DNA of 64,000 nucleotides, taken from positions 64,502 to 128,501 of the forward strand of contig JACOYE010000008.1 of assembly GCA_016182045.1 (NCBI GenBank), given 5' to 3'. The position numbers and the translations under genes were made by a program. Numbering within the stretch: the first letter of the stretch is position 1; each line of letters begins with the position of its first letter. The notes beneath the pieces are model-generated. The model searched no databases, was not told the origin of the DNA, and saw only the letters and a program-made list of their open reading frames with translations. Of this stretch, positions 10,431 through 19,289 are shown one piece after another. The DNA comes from Candidatus Microgenomates bacterium (GTDB taxonomy: Bacteria > Patescibacteriota > Microgenomatia > Daviesbacterales > UBA10151).

Positions 10431-10510
10431 CGTCATTGCGAGGAGTCTTCGACGAAGCAATCTCTTCTTTTGGACTAGATTGCTTCGCCCCTTCGGGGCT
10501 GGCAATGACG
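10431..10510. repeat. REP/MITE-like palindromic element (GTCATTGCGAG...GCAATGAC type)
   Basis: Terminal IR CGTCATTGC/GCAATGACG, inner CGAAGCAATCT/AGATTGCTTCG, small GCCCC/GGGGC hairpin. Confidence 0.8.
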
Positions 10511-10513
10511 GAT

Positions 10514-10927
10514 TCAGCCTTGTCTGCCAACTTCAAGATGTAACTGCTTTTTCTTTTCTTCAAAGATAATGCGGTACCTGGGAAAAAAAGCTTCTCTACC
10601 TAAAAGGTTGAAGGAAACAAGATACTCCCTTGAAAAGACAATCGGGCAGAGAAAATTTATTCCAGCAATCTCAATCTCTACTTCATGAAGATAACCTTTG
10701 ATCCTACCACCTACACCACCTAGATACATTTCCTTACCTTTCTCTATAACAAGTCCTAAAGAATCTGCAACCTCTGCACGAAAAACGGAAATTGTTGCTC
10801 CGGAATCAACCAGGGCATAAAATTCTTTTTTCTTACCAGTAAACGCTAAGGCCAATGGAATAATTGGGAATGTATTTCCTAAAGAATCAGATTCATATGG
10901 AAATACGGGTGATACTATTTTGTGCAT
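10514..10927 (-). CDS. retropepsin-like aspartyl protease
   Basis: ALVDSGA and NLLGRE motifs. Confidence 0.85.
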   Translation of the reverse strand: MHKIVSPVFPYESDSLGNTFPIIPLALAFTGKKKEFYALVDSGATISVFRAEVADSLGLVIEKGKEMYLGGVGGRIKGYLHEVEIEIAGINFLCPIVFSREYLVSFNLLGREAFFPRYRIIFEEKKKQLHLEVGRQG

Positions 10928-11148
10928 GTGAACACTAGTACATATGGACCTTCATCTTTACGAGGAACTCTAAAGGCAGCTGGCACGGTTCCAGAGGGTC
11001 TTTTATCAGTTACAGGTCTGGTGATGAGAGGTTCAATATCTTTTATTGTATCACCAACCGCTATCACTCTATCCTTAAGTGGATCAATAACCACCCATTT
11101 CCCGGCAAATTTACCCATCTGTTTTGTTGAAACATTTATCTTTTTCAT
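10915..11148 (-). CDS. DUF5678-like small protein, partner of the aspartyl protease
   Basis: FAGKWVVID...VIAVGD pattern; overlaps protease start. Confidence 0.7.
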   Translation of the reverse strand: MKKINVSTKQMGKFAGKWVVIDPLKDRVIAVGDTIKDIEPLITRPVTDKRPSGTVPAAFRVPRKDEGPYVLVFTCTK

Positions 11149-11153
11149 AACAA

Positions 11154-13205
11154 CTATATCATACTTCCTGCTTTTGGTTTTGTCCAGGAGGCAAACTTGC
11201 AACCTGGCCAGTTTTTACAGCCGTAAAAAGTTTTCCCCCGTCTGGTATGTCTGATAATAATATCTCCACCATCGTCCGGACACTTTGCATCAATTTTTTC
11301 CTCCAAAGCCTCGGTATGCCTGCATTTGGGAAAGGTGGAGCAGGCCAAAAATTTGCCAAACTTCCCTATTCTTATAACTAACTCATTTCCACACTGAGGA
11401 CACTTTTTACCGGCAAGCTCAGGTACCAGTTTCATTTTTTCCGCCTCTTTAAATGTTAGTTCCAATTTTTTCTCAAAAGGCTGATAAAATTGTCTAATAG
11501 TTGGCTGCCACTCCCTTTCTCCTTTGGCTATCTCATCAAGATCATCTTCCATTTTGGCAGTAAATGAATAATCAACAATATCCGGAAAATATTCCACTAT
11601 AAAATCATTAACAGTAAAGCCTAATTCTGTTGGGACAAATTTTCTCTCTATTCTTTCCACATAATATCTTTCTTGAATAGTGGAAATAATTGGTGCATAA
11701 GTAGAGGGTCTGCCAATCCCTAATTCTTCTAACTTTTTGATAAGTGATGCTTCATTGTAACGGGGCGGCGGTTCAGTAAAATGCTGATTGGGCAAAAGTT
11801 GAATCAGGTTGAGAGGTTCATTTTCTGAGACTTTTGGTAATAATTTTTGCCCTGTATCTTTCTCTTCATCTTCCAACTTTTCTTTACCATAAAGTTTTAA
11901 CCAACCTTCAGATTTAATCACTGATCCAGTAGCTCTTAAAAGATAAGCATCAGCTGAAACATCAACGGTGGTTTGGTCTAAAATGGCCTCAGCCATCTGA
12001 CATGCCACAAACCTTTTCCAAATCAGATCATAAAGTCTAGCATGATCTTTATTCATACTTGATATTTGTCTGATGGCTTGAGACTGACGTCTGACATCTG
12101 TCACTCTGATCGCCTCATGTGCCTCCTGGACATTTTTAGATTTTGATTTATAGATTCTAGGCTTTAGGGGAAGATATGATTTACCCAAAAAATCTGCAAT
12201 ATATTTGCGGACAGAAGATATGGCTGAGGCAGAAATATTAACCGAATCGGTTCGCATATAACTTATCAGTCCATGTTCATAAAGGTTTTGAGCTATCATC
12301 ATGGTTTTTTTGGCTGAAAATCCCAGTTTATTGGAAGCAGCTTGTTGCAAAGTGGAAGTAATAAAAGGAGGGTAAGGGTAACGTCTGACTTCCTTTTGTG
12401 TAACTTTGGAAACCAAATACTCAGCCTTTTCCAAGTTTTCAACATGTTCGTCTGCCTCTTCTTTGTTCTTTATCTCCAGTTTCTTACTGTTTTGCTCAAT
12501 TAACATGGCGATGAAACTGTTACCTGTACCTCCTCGAGTCTGAGCGACCGATTCGGTCTGAGACTCACGGTCGAAGACCTCGGAGTCGAAGACCTGTACC
12601 CTATCACCTGTTAACTCTGCTTCTATACTCCAATACTCCACCGGTCTAAAGATTTTTATTTCCCGTTCTCTTTCCACAATTAATCTGAGTGCCACTGACT
12701 GAACCCGTCCGGCAGACAAACCTTTCTTAATTTTTTGCCAAAGTAAAGGAGATAATTTATAACCCACTAATCTATCCAGAATTCTTCTGGCAACCTGTGC
12801 ATCTACTAGTTTGAGATTTATTCCTCTAGGATTCTTAAATGCTTCTTTTATTGCTTCTTCAGTTATTTCATGAAAGACAACCCTATTGACGGAATTTCGA
12901 ATTTGCGAACTCTTTAGGAGTTCGCTTATGTGCCAGGCTATTGCCTCACCTTCCCGATCCGGATCTGTGGCCAGCCACAAAGTGTCAGCGCTTTCTGCCA
13001 CCTTTTTCAACTCATTGACAACCTTTCTCTTATCTCGTGGTATCACGTACTGAGGTTCAAAATTATGTTCCACATCCACTCCAAATTCAGACTTTGGCAG
13101 ATCTCTCACATGACCCATTGAGGCCTCAATTTGATATTTGTCACCTAAAAACTTCTGCAGAGTGCGAGCCTTTGTTGGTGATTCCACTATTACCAGATTA
13201 TTCAT
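11154..13205 (-). CDS. topA: DNA topoisomerase I
   Basis: IVESPTKA, ATDPDREGE, SAGRVQS, ISYMRTDS, GIGRPSTY, C-terminal Zn ribbons. Confidence 0.97.
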   Translation of the reverse strand: MNNLVIVESPTKARTLQKFLGDKYQIEASMGHVRDLPKSEFGVDVEHNFEPQYVIPRDKRKVVNELKKVAESADTLWLATDPDREGEAIAWHISELLKSSQIRNSVNRVVFHEITEEAIKEAFKNPRGINLKLVDAQVARRILDRLVGYKLSPLLWQKIKKGLSAGRVQSVALRLIVEREREIKIFRPVEYWSIEAELTGDRVQVFDSEVFDRESQTESVAQTRGGTGNSFIAMLIEQNSKKLEIKNKEEADEHVENLEKAEYLVSKVTQKEVRRYPYPPFITSTLQQAASNKLGFSAKKTMMIAQNLYEHGLISYMRTDSVNISASAISSVRKYIADFLGKSYLPLKPRIYKSKSKNVQEAHEAIRVTDVRRQSQAIRQISSMNKDHARLYDLIWKRFVACQMAEAILDQTTVDVSADAYLLRATGSVIKSEGWLKLYGKEKLEDEEKDTGQKLLPKVSENEPLNLIQLLPNQHFTEPPPRYNEASLIKKLEELGIGRPSTYAPIISTIQERYYVERIERKFVPTELGFTVNDFIVEYFPDIVDYSFTAKMEDDLDEIAKGEREWQPTIRQFYQPFEKKLELTFKEAEKMKLVPELAGKKCPQCGNELVIRIGKFGKFLACSTFPKCRHTEALEEKIDAKCPDDGGDIIIRHTRRGKTFYGCKNWPGCKFASWTKPKAGSMI
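12522..12600. repeat. nested palindromic insert in frame in topA
   Basis: ACCTGTACC repeats at 12522-12530 and 12592-12600 enclose two nested CTGAG...GTCGAAG units. Confidence 0.7.
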
Positions 13206-13266
13206 TGTTACTATTGTTACATTGTTACATTGTTAAAAACAATTCAACAATTTAGCAATGAAACAA
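13203..13266. repeat. 8-mer tandem repeat with inverted counterpart at topA start
   Basis: (CATTGTTA)x~4 followed by (AACAATNN)x~4. Confidence 0.75.
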
Positions 13267-13288
13267 TTTTACTGGTGTTGTCAAGATC

Positions 13289-13543
13289 TTACTCAAAATC
13301 ACTATCCAAAACTTGAGGATTAACTTTCTCCAACTCTGCCTCCAAATCAGTAGCGGAATCAAACTGAAAAGTTTTGGGGGCGTTGGGGGTGGGGATGGGT
13401 GTTGGAGCTTTAGAAACAGTAGCAGATGATTGACTGGCAGGGCTAACTAAATTAGCTTTCCACCCCAGGGGTGCAAACCTAAATAATAAAAATCCCAAAA
13501 CTATAAAAACTATAATAATTATAGTTATTATTTTTTTATTCAT
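13289..13543 (-). CDS. small membrane-anchored protein
   Basis: N-terminal TM helix, Pro/Thr linker. Confidence 0.65.
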   Translation of the reverse strand: MNKKIITIIIIVFIVLGFLLFRFAPLGWKANLVSPASQSSATVSKAPTPIPTPNAPKTFQFDSATDLEAELEKVNPQVLDSDFE

Positions 13544-13561
13544 AATTCATAATTCTTAATT

Positions 13562-13924
13562 CTATATTGCCTTTCCCACCTCATTTTTAGCCCTTAATAC
13601 TTTCCCCTTTAAAGTAATCAGACTGGATTTAAGACTACCAACAGAGGAAAATTTTTGGGCCCGATGAAAGGCAATTGCCTCGGCAGCATAAGTTATCCAA
13701 TAATCAGCAGTTTCTATGGGTGTATCCACATTCCCAAAAGCCACTCTGGTTTCCAAAATCCCTTTTCTATTTCTTACCTCCTCCATAATAGCCGCCATTC
13801 TTACCACATCTTCCTCAAACCTGTCACAAACTTTTTGATTAACACCATCAAGGCTAGTAAAGGCAGACGCTTTAATAGGATATAAAAACAAAACAATAAT
13901 TAGAATAAAAATCCACTTTCTCAT
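13562..13924 (-). CDS. secreted hypothetical protein
   Basis: Signal peptide ending ASA. Confidence 0.65.
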   Translation of the reverse strand: MRKWIFILIIVLFLYPIKASAFTSLDGVNQKVCDRFEEDVVRMAAIMEEVRNRKGILETRVAFGNVDTPIETADYWITYAAEAIAFHRAQKFSSVGSLKSSLITLKGKVLRAKNEVGKAI

Positions 13925-13999
13925 AGATATCTATCTTATACTATTATCAAACTTTGGATAAACAAAATTTATTAATCGATAGTATAATGTCTACCCCAT

Positions 14000-14021
14000 A
14001 CTTTGAACGATCGTTCAAAGT
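14000..14021. promoter_or_regulatory. perfect 22-bp palindrome, probable operator
   Basis: ACTTTGAACGATCGTTCAAAGT. Confidence 0.65.
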
Positions 14022-14067
14022 TTGTCCAAAATTCAGCTTGATAATTTCATTGAAAAAAAGCTGAAAC

Positions 14068-16578
14068 TCACGAAAGGATACTTATATCCACTCTAAAAGA
14101 TTGTCCTTTTAGAAGTTTATTTTCCAAAATTAGTCTGGAAAGTTTGGCTTCTAAGGTATCTTGGATTAAACGGCGCAAAGGCCTTGCTCCCAATACTGGA
14201 TCAAAGCCACGTTTTGCTAACTCTGAAATCAGATTACCCTCAAATTCCACCAAATATCCTTTTTCTTTAAGTTGCGCTTGCAACTCACTAAGTTTTAAAG
14301 TAACAATCTTTTGTAAATCTTCCTGAGATAGTGGCTTAAACAAAACTACATCATCAAAACGGTTGATTAGCTCTGGTTTGAAGATTTGTAACAGCTCATC
14401 ATTAACTTGTTTATCAAGCTGCTCCAGCGTTTGTCTCGCCTCCAACCCTTTAGCAATAGTGATGGAGGCAGCATTTGAAGTAGCAATGATGATGGTATTG
14501 GTAAAATCAACTGTCCTGCCTGCTCCATCAGTTAATCTGCCATCCTCCAAAACTTGTAAAAATAAGGTCAAGATTTTTGGATCTGCTTTTTCAAACTCAT
14601 CCAATAAAAGTAGTGCATATGGTCTGCTTCTGACAGCTTCGGTTAACTGCCCTCCCTCTCCTGAGGAACCAATTAGCCTGACTACTGATTCTGGATTTTG
14701 ATATTCAGACATATCAAATCTTAAAAAAGCCCCAGATGTTTTAAAATAAACTTGGGCTAAAGTCCTTGCCAATTCTGTTTTACCAACTCCGGTTGGACCC
14801 ACAAATAAAAATGACCCAATTGGCCTTGCCTCCTCCCTAAGTCCTGTGACAGATCTTCTTAAAGAATCTGAAACTAGCTTAACTGCCTGCTCTTGATTAA
14901 CCATCCTTTCATGAATTCTTTCTTCCAATTTTAAAAGTTTGTCTTTGTCAACCTTTCCCAAATCCATTAAGGGAATCTGGGTTCTTGAGGAAACAACTTC
15001 TCTGACAACCTCACTGGTTACCCACCCACTAATGGGTCTTGTTTGAGCTTCTTTTAAAACCGAAATTGCAGAATCAGGTAAAACTCTATCATGGATTATT
15101 TTAGAGGAAAGCTCCAAGGCTGCCTTGATTGCCAGAAAGCTTACTTTAATTTTTTCTCTTCTCTCAAAAGCTACGCTTCTTATTTGCAAAATATTTAATG
15201 TGTCCTCCCTCGTAGCAGGCGGAAGCTCTATTTTTCTAAAAATTCTTGCGAAACTGCCATTTCTTTCTAAAACTTTTGCATAATTTTCAGGCTCTGTGGT
15301 ACCAATAAACTGAAAGGTGTCTGATTCCAAGAATGGTTGCATCAAAGAATAAAGATTGAGCTCCTTACCCACCTCCCCCATTCCCAGCTCATGAATTTCC
15401 TCTATCACAATAATGACATTTTGGGCAAATTCTACCTCTTCAAAAATTGTTTTTATTCTTTCTGCCAGTAGTCCCTGAGTTGTCATACCTGATAAAAGTT
15501 TTGTTAAATCCAAAAGCACCAATCTTTTGGTTGCCACACTAGACGGAGCATCCCCCAAAACTATCTGTTTTGCCAAATGGCGGATTAAAGCAGATTTGCC
15601 TGCACCAGGCAGAGCAACCACTATGACATTTTTCCCTGTTTTTTGGGACAAAATATTGACAATCTCCTCCACCACACCGTTAGATCTTATAAAGGTAAAA
15701 TCTTTGAATTCTCCTTTGGCTGCTTTTTTGGTTAAATCCTCTCCCACGGAATCCAACACCGGAGTAGGTACGCCCAGCCACCCCCTATTTACACCTTTTA
15801 GGTGACGCACCACAAAATCATCATCCCAAAGCCAAACTTTTCTCCAAACTTCTCTTTTCTTCTCCAAAAAATTTAAAGCCTCCTCAATATCGGAAAACTT
15901 TAAATCAAGTTTAAGTAACATTGAGTCAATGTTGGGAATTTGTTTTAATGCTGCCACAAAAAAATGTCTTGGGGTAATATATTGAGCCCCGGTTTTTTTA
16001 GCCAGTTCAAAAGCCAAAAACCCCACTTTTTCTAAATCCGCTATTTCCCATTCCGGAAAATTTGTCACCTCAAGCTCTAAAGTGGACAAAAGATTCCCAA
16101 CCTCAGGATCAGTCAGTAGCTTTTTAAAACTTAAGTCTTGCCTTTTTACTTTTGATGCTAGCCAAAGATTATCTTTATTTACCTGCCAGACCTTTTTGTG
16201 AGGATTTAGGCTGATATGAAGACCAAATAAACCAGTTCCTGATAAAAATAAAATCCAGCTAATAAGATGCGGTTTATCTAATAAAGCAAGCAGTGGCAAC
16301 AAAAACCAATATAAGGCAATTAAAAAAACGAGGATGGAGGCAAGGGCAAAAGCAAAAAGACCAATCAAGATTCTACCTATTCTGAAAAGGAAACTTAAAG
16401 TTCGTCCCACAATTGTGGCATCATGGAAAAGAGGCACAAATAAAAGTTTGATCATTAAACCTACCGCCAAATCCTCCTCCAAAAACAAAATCAAATTTTT
16501 CCATGTTCTTATAAAGGTATTTGAAGCCTCTATGTACCAAAATTGTATTAGGTGAGCGGGTAAAGTCAGATATTTCAT
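14068..16578 (-). CDS. ClpA/B/C-family AAA+ ATPase with N-terminal membrane segments
   Basis: Two NBDs (ALPGAGKS; GPTGVGKT, DEFEKA), hydrophobic N-terminus. Confidence 0.9.
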   Translation of the reverse strand: MKYLTLPAHLIQFWYIEASNTFIRTWKNLILFLEEDLAVGLMIKLLFVPLFHDATIVGRTLSFLFRIGRILIGLFAFALASILVFLIALYWFLLPLLALLDKPHLISWILFLSGTGLFGLHISLNPHKKVWQVNKDNLWLASKVKRQDLSFKKLLTDPEVGNLLSTLELEVTNFPEWEIADLEKVGFLAFELAKKTGAQYITPRHFFVAALKQIPNIDSMLLKLDLKFSDIEEALNFLEKKREVWRKVWLWDDDFVVRHLKGVNRGWLGVPTPVLDSVGEDLTKKAAKGEFKDFTFIRSNGVVEEIVNILSQKTGKNVIVVALPGAGKSALIRHLAKQIVLGDAPSSVATKRLVLLDLTKLLSGMTTQGLLAERIKTIFEEVEFAQNVIIVIEEIHELGMGEVGKELNLYSLMQPFLESDTFQFIGTTEPENYAKVLERNGSFARIFRKIELPPATREDTLNILQIRSVAFERREKIKVSFLAIKAALELSSKIIHDRVLPDSAISVLKEAQTRPISGWVTSEVVREVVSSRTQIPLMDLGKVDKDKLLKLEERIHERMVNQEQAVKLVSDSLRRSVTGLREEARPIGSFLFVGPTGVGKTELARTLAQVYFKTSGAFLRFDMSEYQNPESVVRLIGSSGEGGQLTEAVRSRPYALLLLDEFEKADPKILTLFLQVLEDGRLTDGAGRTVDFTNTIIIATSNAASITIAKGLEARQTLEQLDKQVNDELLQIFKPELINRFDDVVLFKPLSQEDLQKIVTLKLSELQAQLKEKGYLVEFEGNLISELAKRGFDPVLGARPLRRLIQDTLEAKLSRLILENKLLKGQSFRVDISILS

Positions 16579-16742
16579 TTGGCTCTTATCAAATTACCAT
16601 CAACTTCAATCTCACTTTTTGGCTCCTTTTGATGAATTTATATTTGAGGACAAAGTAAGGAAGGCTACAATTAAGTACAACTGCTAAAGATATGAACAGT
16701 ATGACAATTTTATTCATTACCTTAAATATTACCAAATTTTTC

Positions 16743-17828
16743 CTATCTACTACAGTAATTGCCCCCACCCATACTTATAATCACTCCGGCGATCTCCATC
16801 TTAAGCAAGATGGCCGAGATTTTGGCAGAAGAGAAATTTAACATTCTGCCAATTTCATCAATATGTCTGGTTTCATTTTTTAATGCTTCCAGTACTTTCT
16901 TCTCTTCTTCAGATAACTCCTCCTCAGTTTGAACTCTGAACTTTGCACTTTGAACTTGATTTATCCCCAACTCATCAAGGACTTCTGTGGGCTCAAAAAC
17001 CGCTCTTGCTCCTTCTTTGATTAAATCTATTGGGCCTTTAGATAGGCTGGAAGTAACTGGGCCTGGGACAGCAAAGACATCACGGCCTTGCTCTAAAGCT
17101 AGTCTGGCGGTGATTAAGGAACCGGAATCCTCTGCTGCCTCGGTTACCAATACTGCTAAAGATAATCCGGAAATAATCCTATTTCTTGAGGGAAAATTTC
17201 CCGGCATTGATGGGTAATCTGGAGGAAATTCAGAAATAAGGGCACCCTGACTACTGATTATTCTTTCTGCCAATTGACTGTTTTCCGGAGGAAAAATTTT
17301 ATTTAATCCTCCACCTAAAACAGCAATTGTTCGCCCCCCTTCCTCAAGGGCTTTCTGGTGAGACTTTGTATCAACTCCTCTGGCCAAACCTGAAACAATG
17401 GTTAACCCTGCGCCAATAAGCTCTTTAACAAACTGCTCAGTGACAACCTTACCATATCCGGTCATTTTTCTTGTTCCCACCACTGCTATGGCTTTTTCAT
17501 CCTCAGGCAAAACTTCACCTTTATAATATAGAACAATCGGTGGATCATAGATTTGTTTTAAAAGCTTCGGATACTCTTCATCATAAATGGTCATCCATTT
17601 GATACCCGATCTTTGGATCAATCCTGCATAACTTTCTGGCTCCAGTTTCTTACGAGTTTCCACTAAAAGTTCTGTGGTGTTTTTTGGGATACCAATTTCC
17701 AAAAGCTCTCTCGGGTTTACCTCCCAAGCCAATTTTGGATCTTTAAAATAATCTATGATGGCTTTAAGTCTAATCGGCCCCAAACCATCTATGGAATGTA
17801 GCGCTAAAAGATAAGAAATATTATTCAT
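16743..17828 (-). CDS. dprA: DNA-protecting protein DprA
   Basis: VVGTR, SGLARGVD, FPSRNRIISG, SGSLITA. Confidence 0.95.
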   Translation of the reverse strand: MNNISYLLALHSIDGLGPIRLKAIIDYFKDPKLAWEVNPRELLEIGIPKNTTELLVETRKKLEPESYAGLIQRSGIKWMTIYDEEYPKLLKQIYDPPIVLYYKGEVLPEDEKAIAVVGTRKMTGYGKVVTEQFVKELIGAGLTIVSGLARGVDTKSHQKALEEGGRTIAVLGGGLNKIFPPENSQLAERIISSQGALISEFPPDYPSMPGNFPSRNRIISGLSLAVLVTEAAEDSGSLITARLALEQGRDVFAVPGPVTSSLSKGPIDLIKEGARAVFEPTEVLDELGINQVQSAKFRVQTEEELSEEEKKVLEALKNETRHIDEIGRMLNFSSAKISAILLKMEIAGVIISMGGGNYCSR

Positions 17829-18715
17829 TTTATGTTTTTTAGATGTTCTCTTGCTATAAAAAATGATGTTATCAAAACTATGATACCACCAACTATTTGG
17901 GTGGAGTTTAGACTTTCTCTAAATAAAAAATATGCAAAAGGTGCACCAACTAAAGGCCCTAGGCTTCTTAAGGCAGACACAATCCAACCTTTAACAGTTT
18001 TTAAAGATACAAACCATAAAGTTAAGCTGAATATAAAAAATATTATGGTGGCTAAAATTAGATAAATCCATCCTAAAGCTTGAGACCAAACAGTGGGGTT
18101 TGAGAAGATGATGGCAAAAGGCAAAATCACCATTCCGCCACTCAGAAGCATTAAACTATTAGTTTGAGTTGCTCCTAAATTTTTGGCGAGTTTGGTGGCA
18201 GGAAAATATGATAGAGCAAAAAACATCATTGCCATGATAATAAACAGGTCCCCTAGCTGAGTCCTTCCTAAACTTCCCAACTTACCTCCCGTTGAAAGCA
18301 GAATAGCACCGAAAATATGCAAACTAAGCAATGCTAAATGTTTTGGTCTTACTTTCTCTCTTGCAAAAACCCAATACCAAAAAAGCACAAAATATGGTTC
18401 GGCTTTGGTAAAAAAGATGGCCTTAATTGAGTCTGTTAAGCTTAACCCTATGGAGAATGATAATTGCCCTAAAATTTGTCGGGAAATTATCAGAAAGATC
18501 AAGTCTTTATGATGTTTTTTTATTTGCTGAAGACTTAGTTTGGTTCCTCTTATGAATAGGGTGGTTAGCAGGATTGCTGCTGCCAAAAGTGGGCCAAAAC
18601 TTGCTGTGATAAATGGATTTAAAAGTTTGACCGCCCCGCCTCCGAAAACAGTGGCAATGCTTGAGGCAAAAGGTGAAAGTACAGCAAAGATTAATCCCCA
18701 ATGATGTGGTTTCAT
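17825..18715 (-). CDS. EamA/DMT family transporter
   Basis: About 10 TM helices in two repeats; likely start MKPHH (18715). Confidence 0.85.
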   Translation of the reverse strand: MKPHHWGLIFAVLSPFASSIATVFGGGAVKLLNPFITASFGPLLAAAILLTTLFIRGTKLSLQQIKKHHKDLIFLIISRQILGQLSFSIGLSLTDSIKAIFFTKAEPYFVLFWYWVFAREKVRPKHLALLSLHIFGAILLSTGGKLGSLGRTQLGDLFIIMAMMFFALSYFPATKLAKNLGATQTNSLMLLSGGMVILPFAIIFSNPTVWSQALGWIYLILATIIFFIFSLTLWFVSLKTVKGWIVSALRSLGPLVGAPFAYFLFRESLNSTQIVGGIIVLITSFFIAREHLKNIK

Positions 18716-18740
18716 TTTGTTTCCGATCGTAAACATTTTG
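18713..18740. repeat. downstream copy of the site flanking PaaX-like gene 1
   Basis: 21/28 identity to 19251-19278, shared CGATCGTAAA. Confidence 0.6.
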
Positions 18741-18741
18741 A

Positions 18742-19245
18742 TTAGAAATCCATATTATCTGATTCAATCACCATTACCCAGTCTTTTATCCCTAGTTTTT
18801 TTATAAAATCCCTGAGGGCTTGGGTACAGTTTTTCTTAGTTATCCAAACACTTTTTTGTAGCTGTTTAAAACCTAACCATTTTAGTTTATACCTTAATAG
18901 ATCGCGCGCTACTCTTCTTTTCTCCGGAACATCCCATATCACTATTCTCCATTTTCCATCCCACGGCTCATCAATTAATTTCATTTTTGTCCAAAGAGCC
19001 TTATCTCTTCCTGAATCTGTTAATCTAACAACCAATTCCTTATCATCAATTAGCTCAACAAATCCATTCTCTCTCAACCTTTTAAGAGCAAGTGCAAGGG
19101 TTGATTTCTTAAGTGGTCTGTCCCACCAACCGTAATAGGCGTAAAGATGCGGCTTATATGCAAAATGTTCAAATCTAATATACCCATCAACAGACTTCTC
19201 TAGAGTCAGAAGAACGAAATTAGTAAGGCTTTTTTTAGTAAACAT
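18742..19245 (-). CDS. PaaX-family regulator (wHTH + Cas2-like central domain)
   Basis: RLTDSG, WDGKWRIVIWDVPEKRR, LGFKQLQKSVW. Confidence 0.85.
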   Translation of the reverse strand: MFTKKSLTNFVLLTLEKSVDGYIRFEHFAYKPHLYAYYGWWDRPLKKSTLALALKRLRENGFVELIDDKELVVRLTDSGRDKALWTKMKLIDEPWDGKWRIVIWDVPEKRRVARDLLRYKLKWLGFKQLQKSVWITKKNCTQALRDFIKKLGIKDWVMVIESDNMDF

Positions 19246-19250
19246 GTAAT

Positions 19251-19282
19251 CATAGTATTCACGATCGTAAATAGTTTGTCAA
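19251..19282 (-). promoter_or_regulatory. promoter (TTGACA at 19282-19277) with ACGATCGT palindromic site
   Basis: Palindrome lies just downstream of a consensus -35. Confidence 0.65.
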
Positions 19283-19289
19283 TATAATG

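Noticed and set aside
16591-16717. 42-aa minus-strand ORF between dprA and the Clp ATPase
   Set aside because: Short, no recognisable features; may be a remnant.
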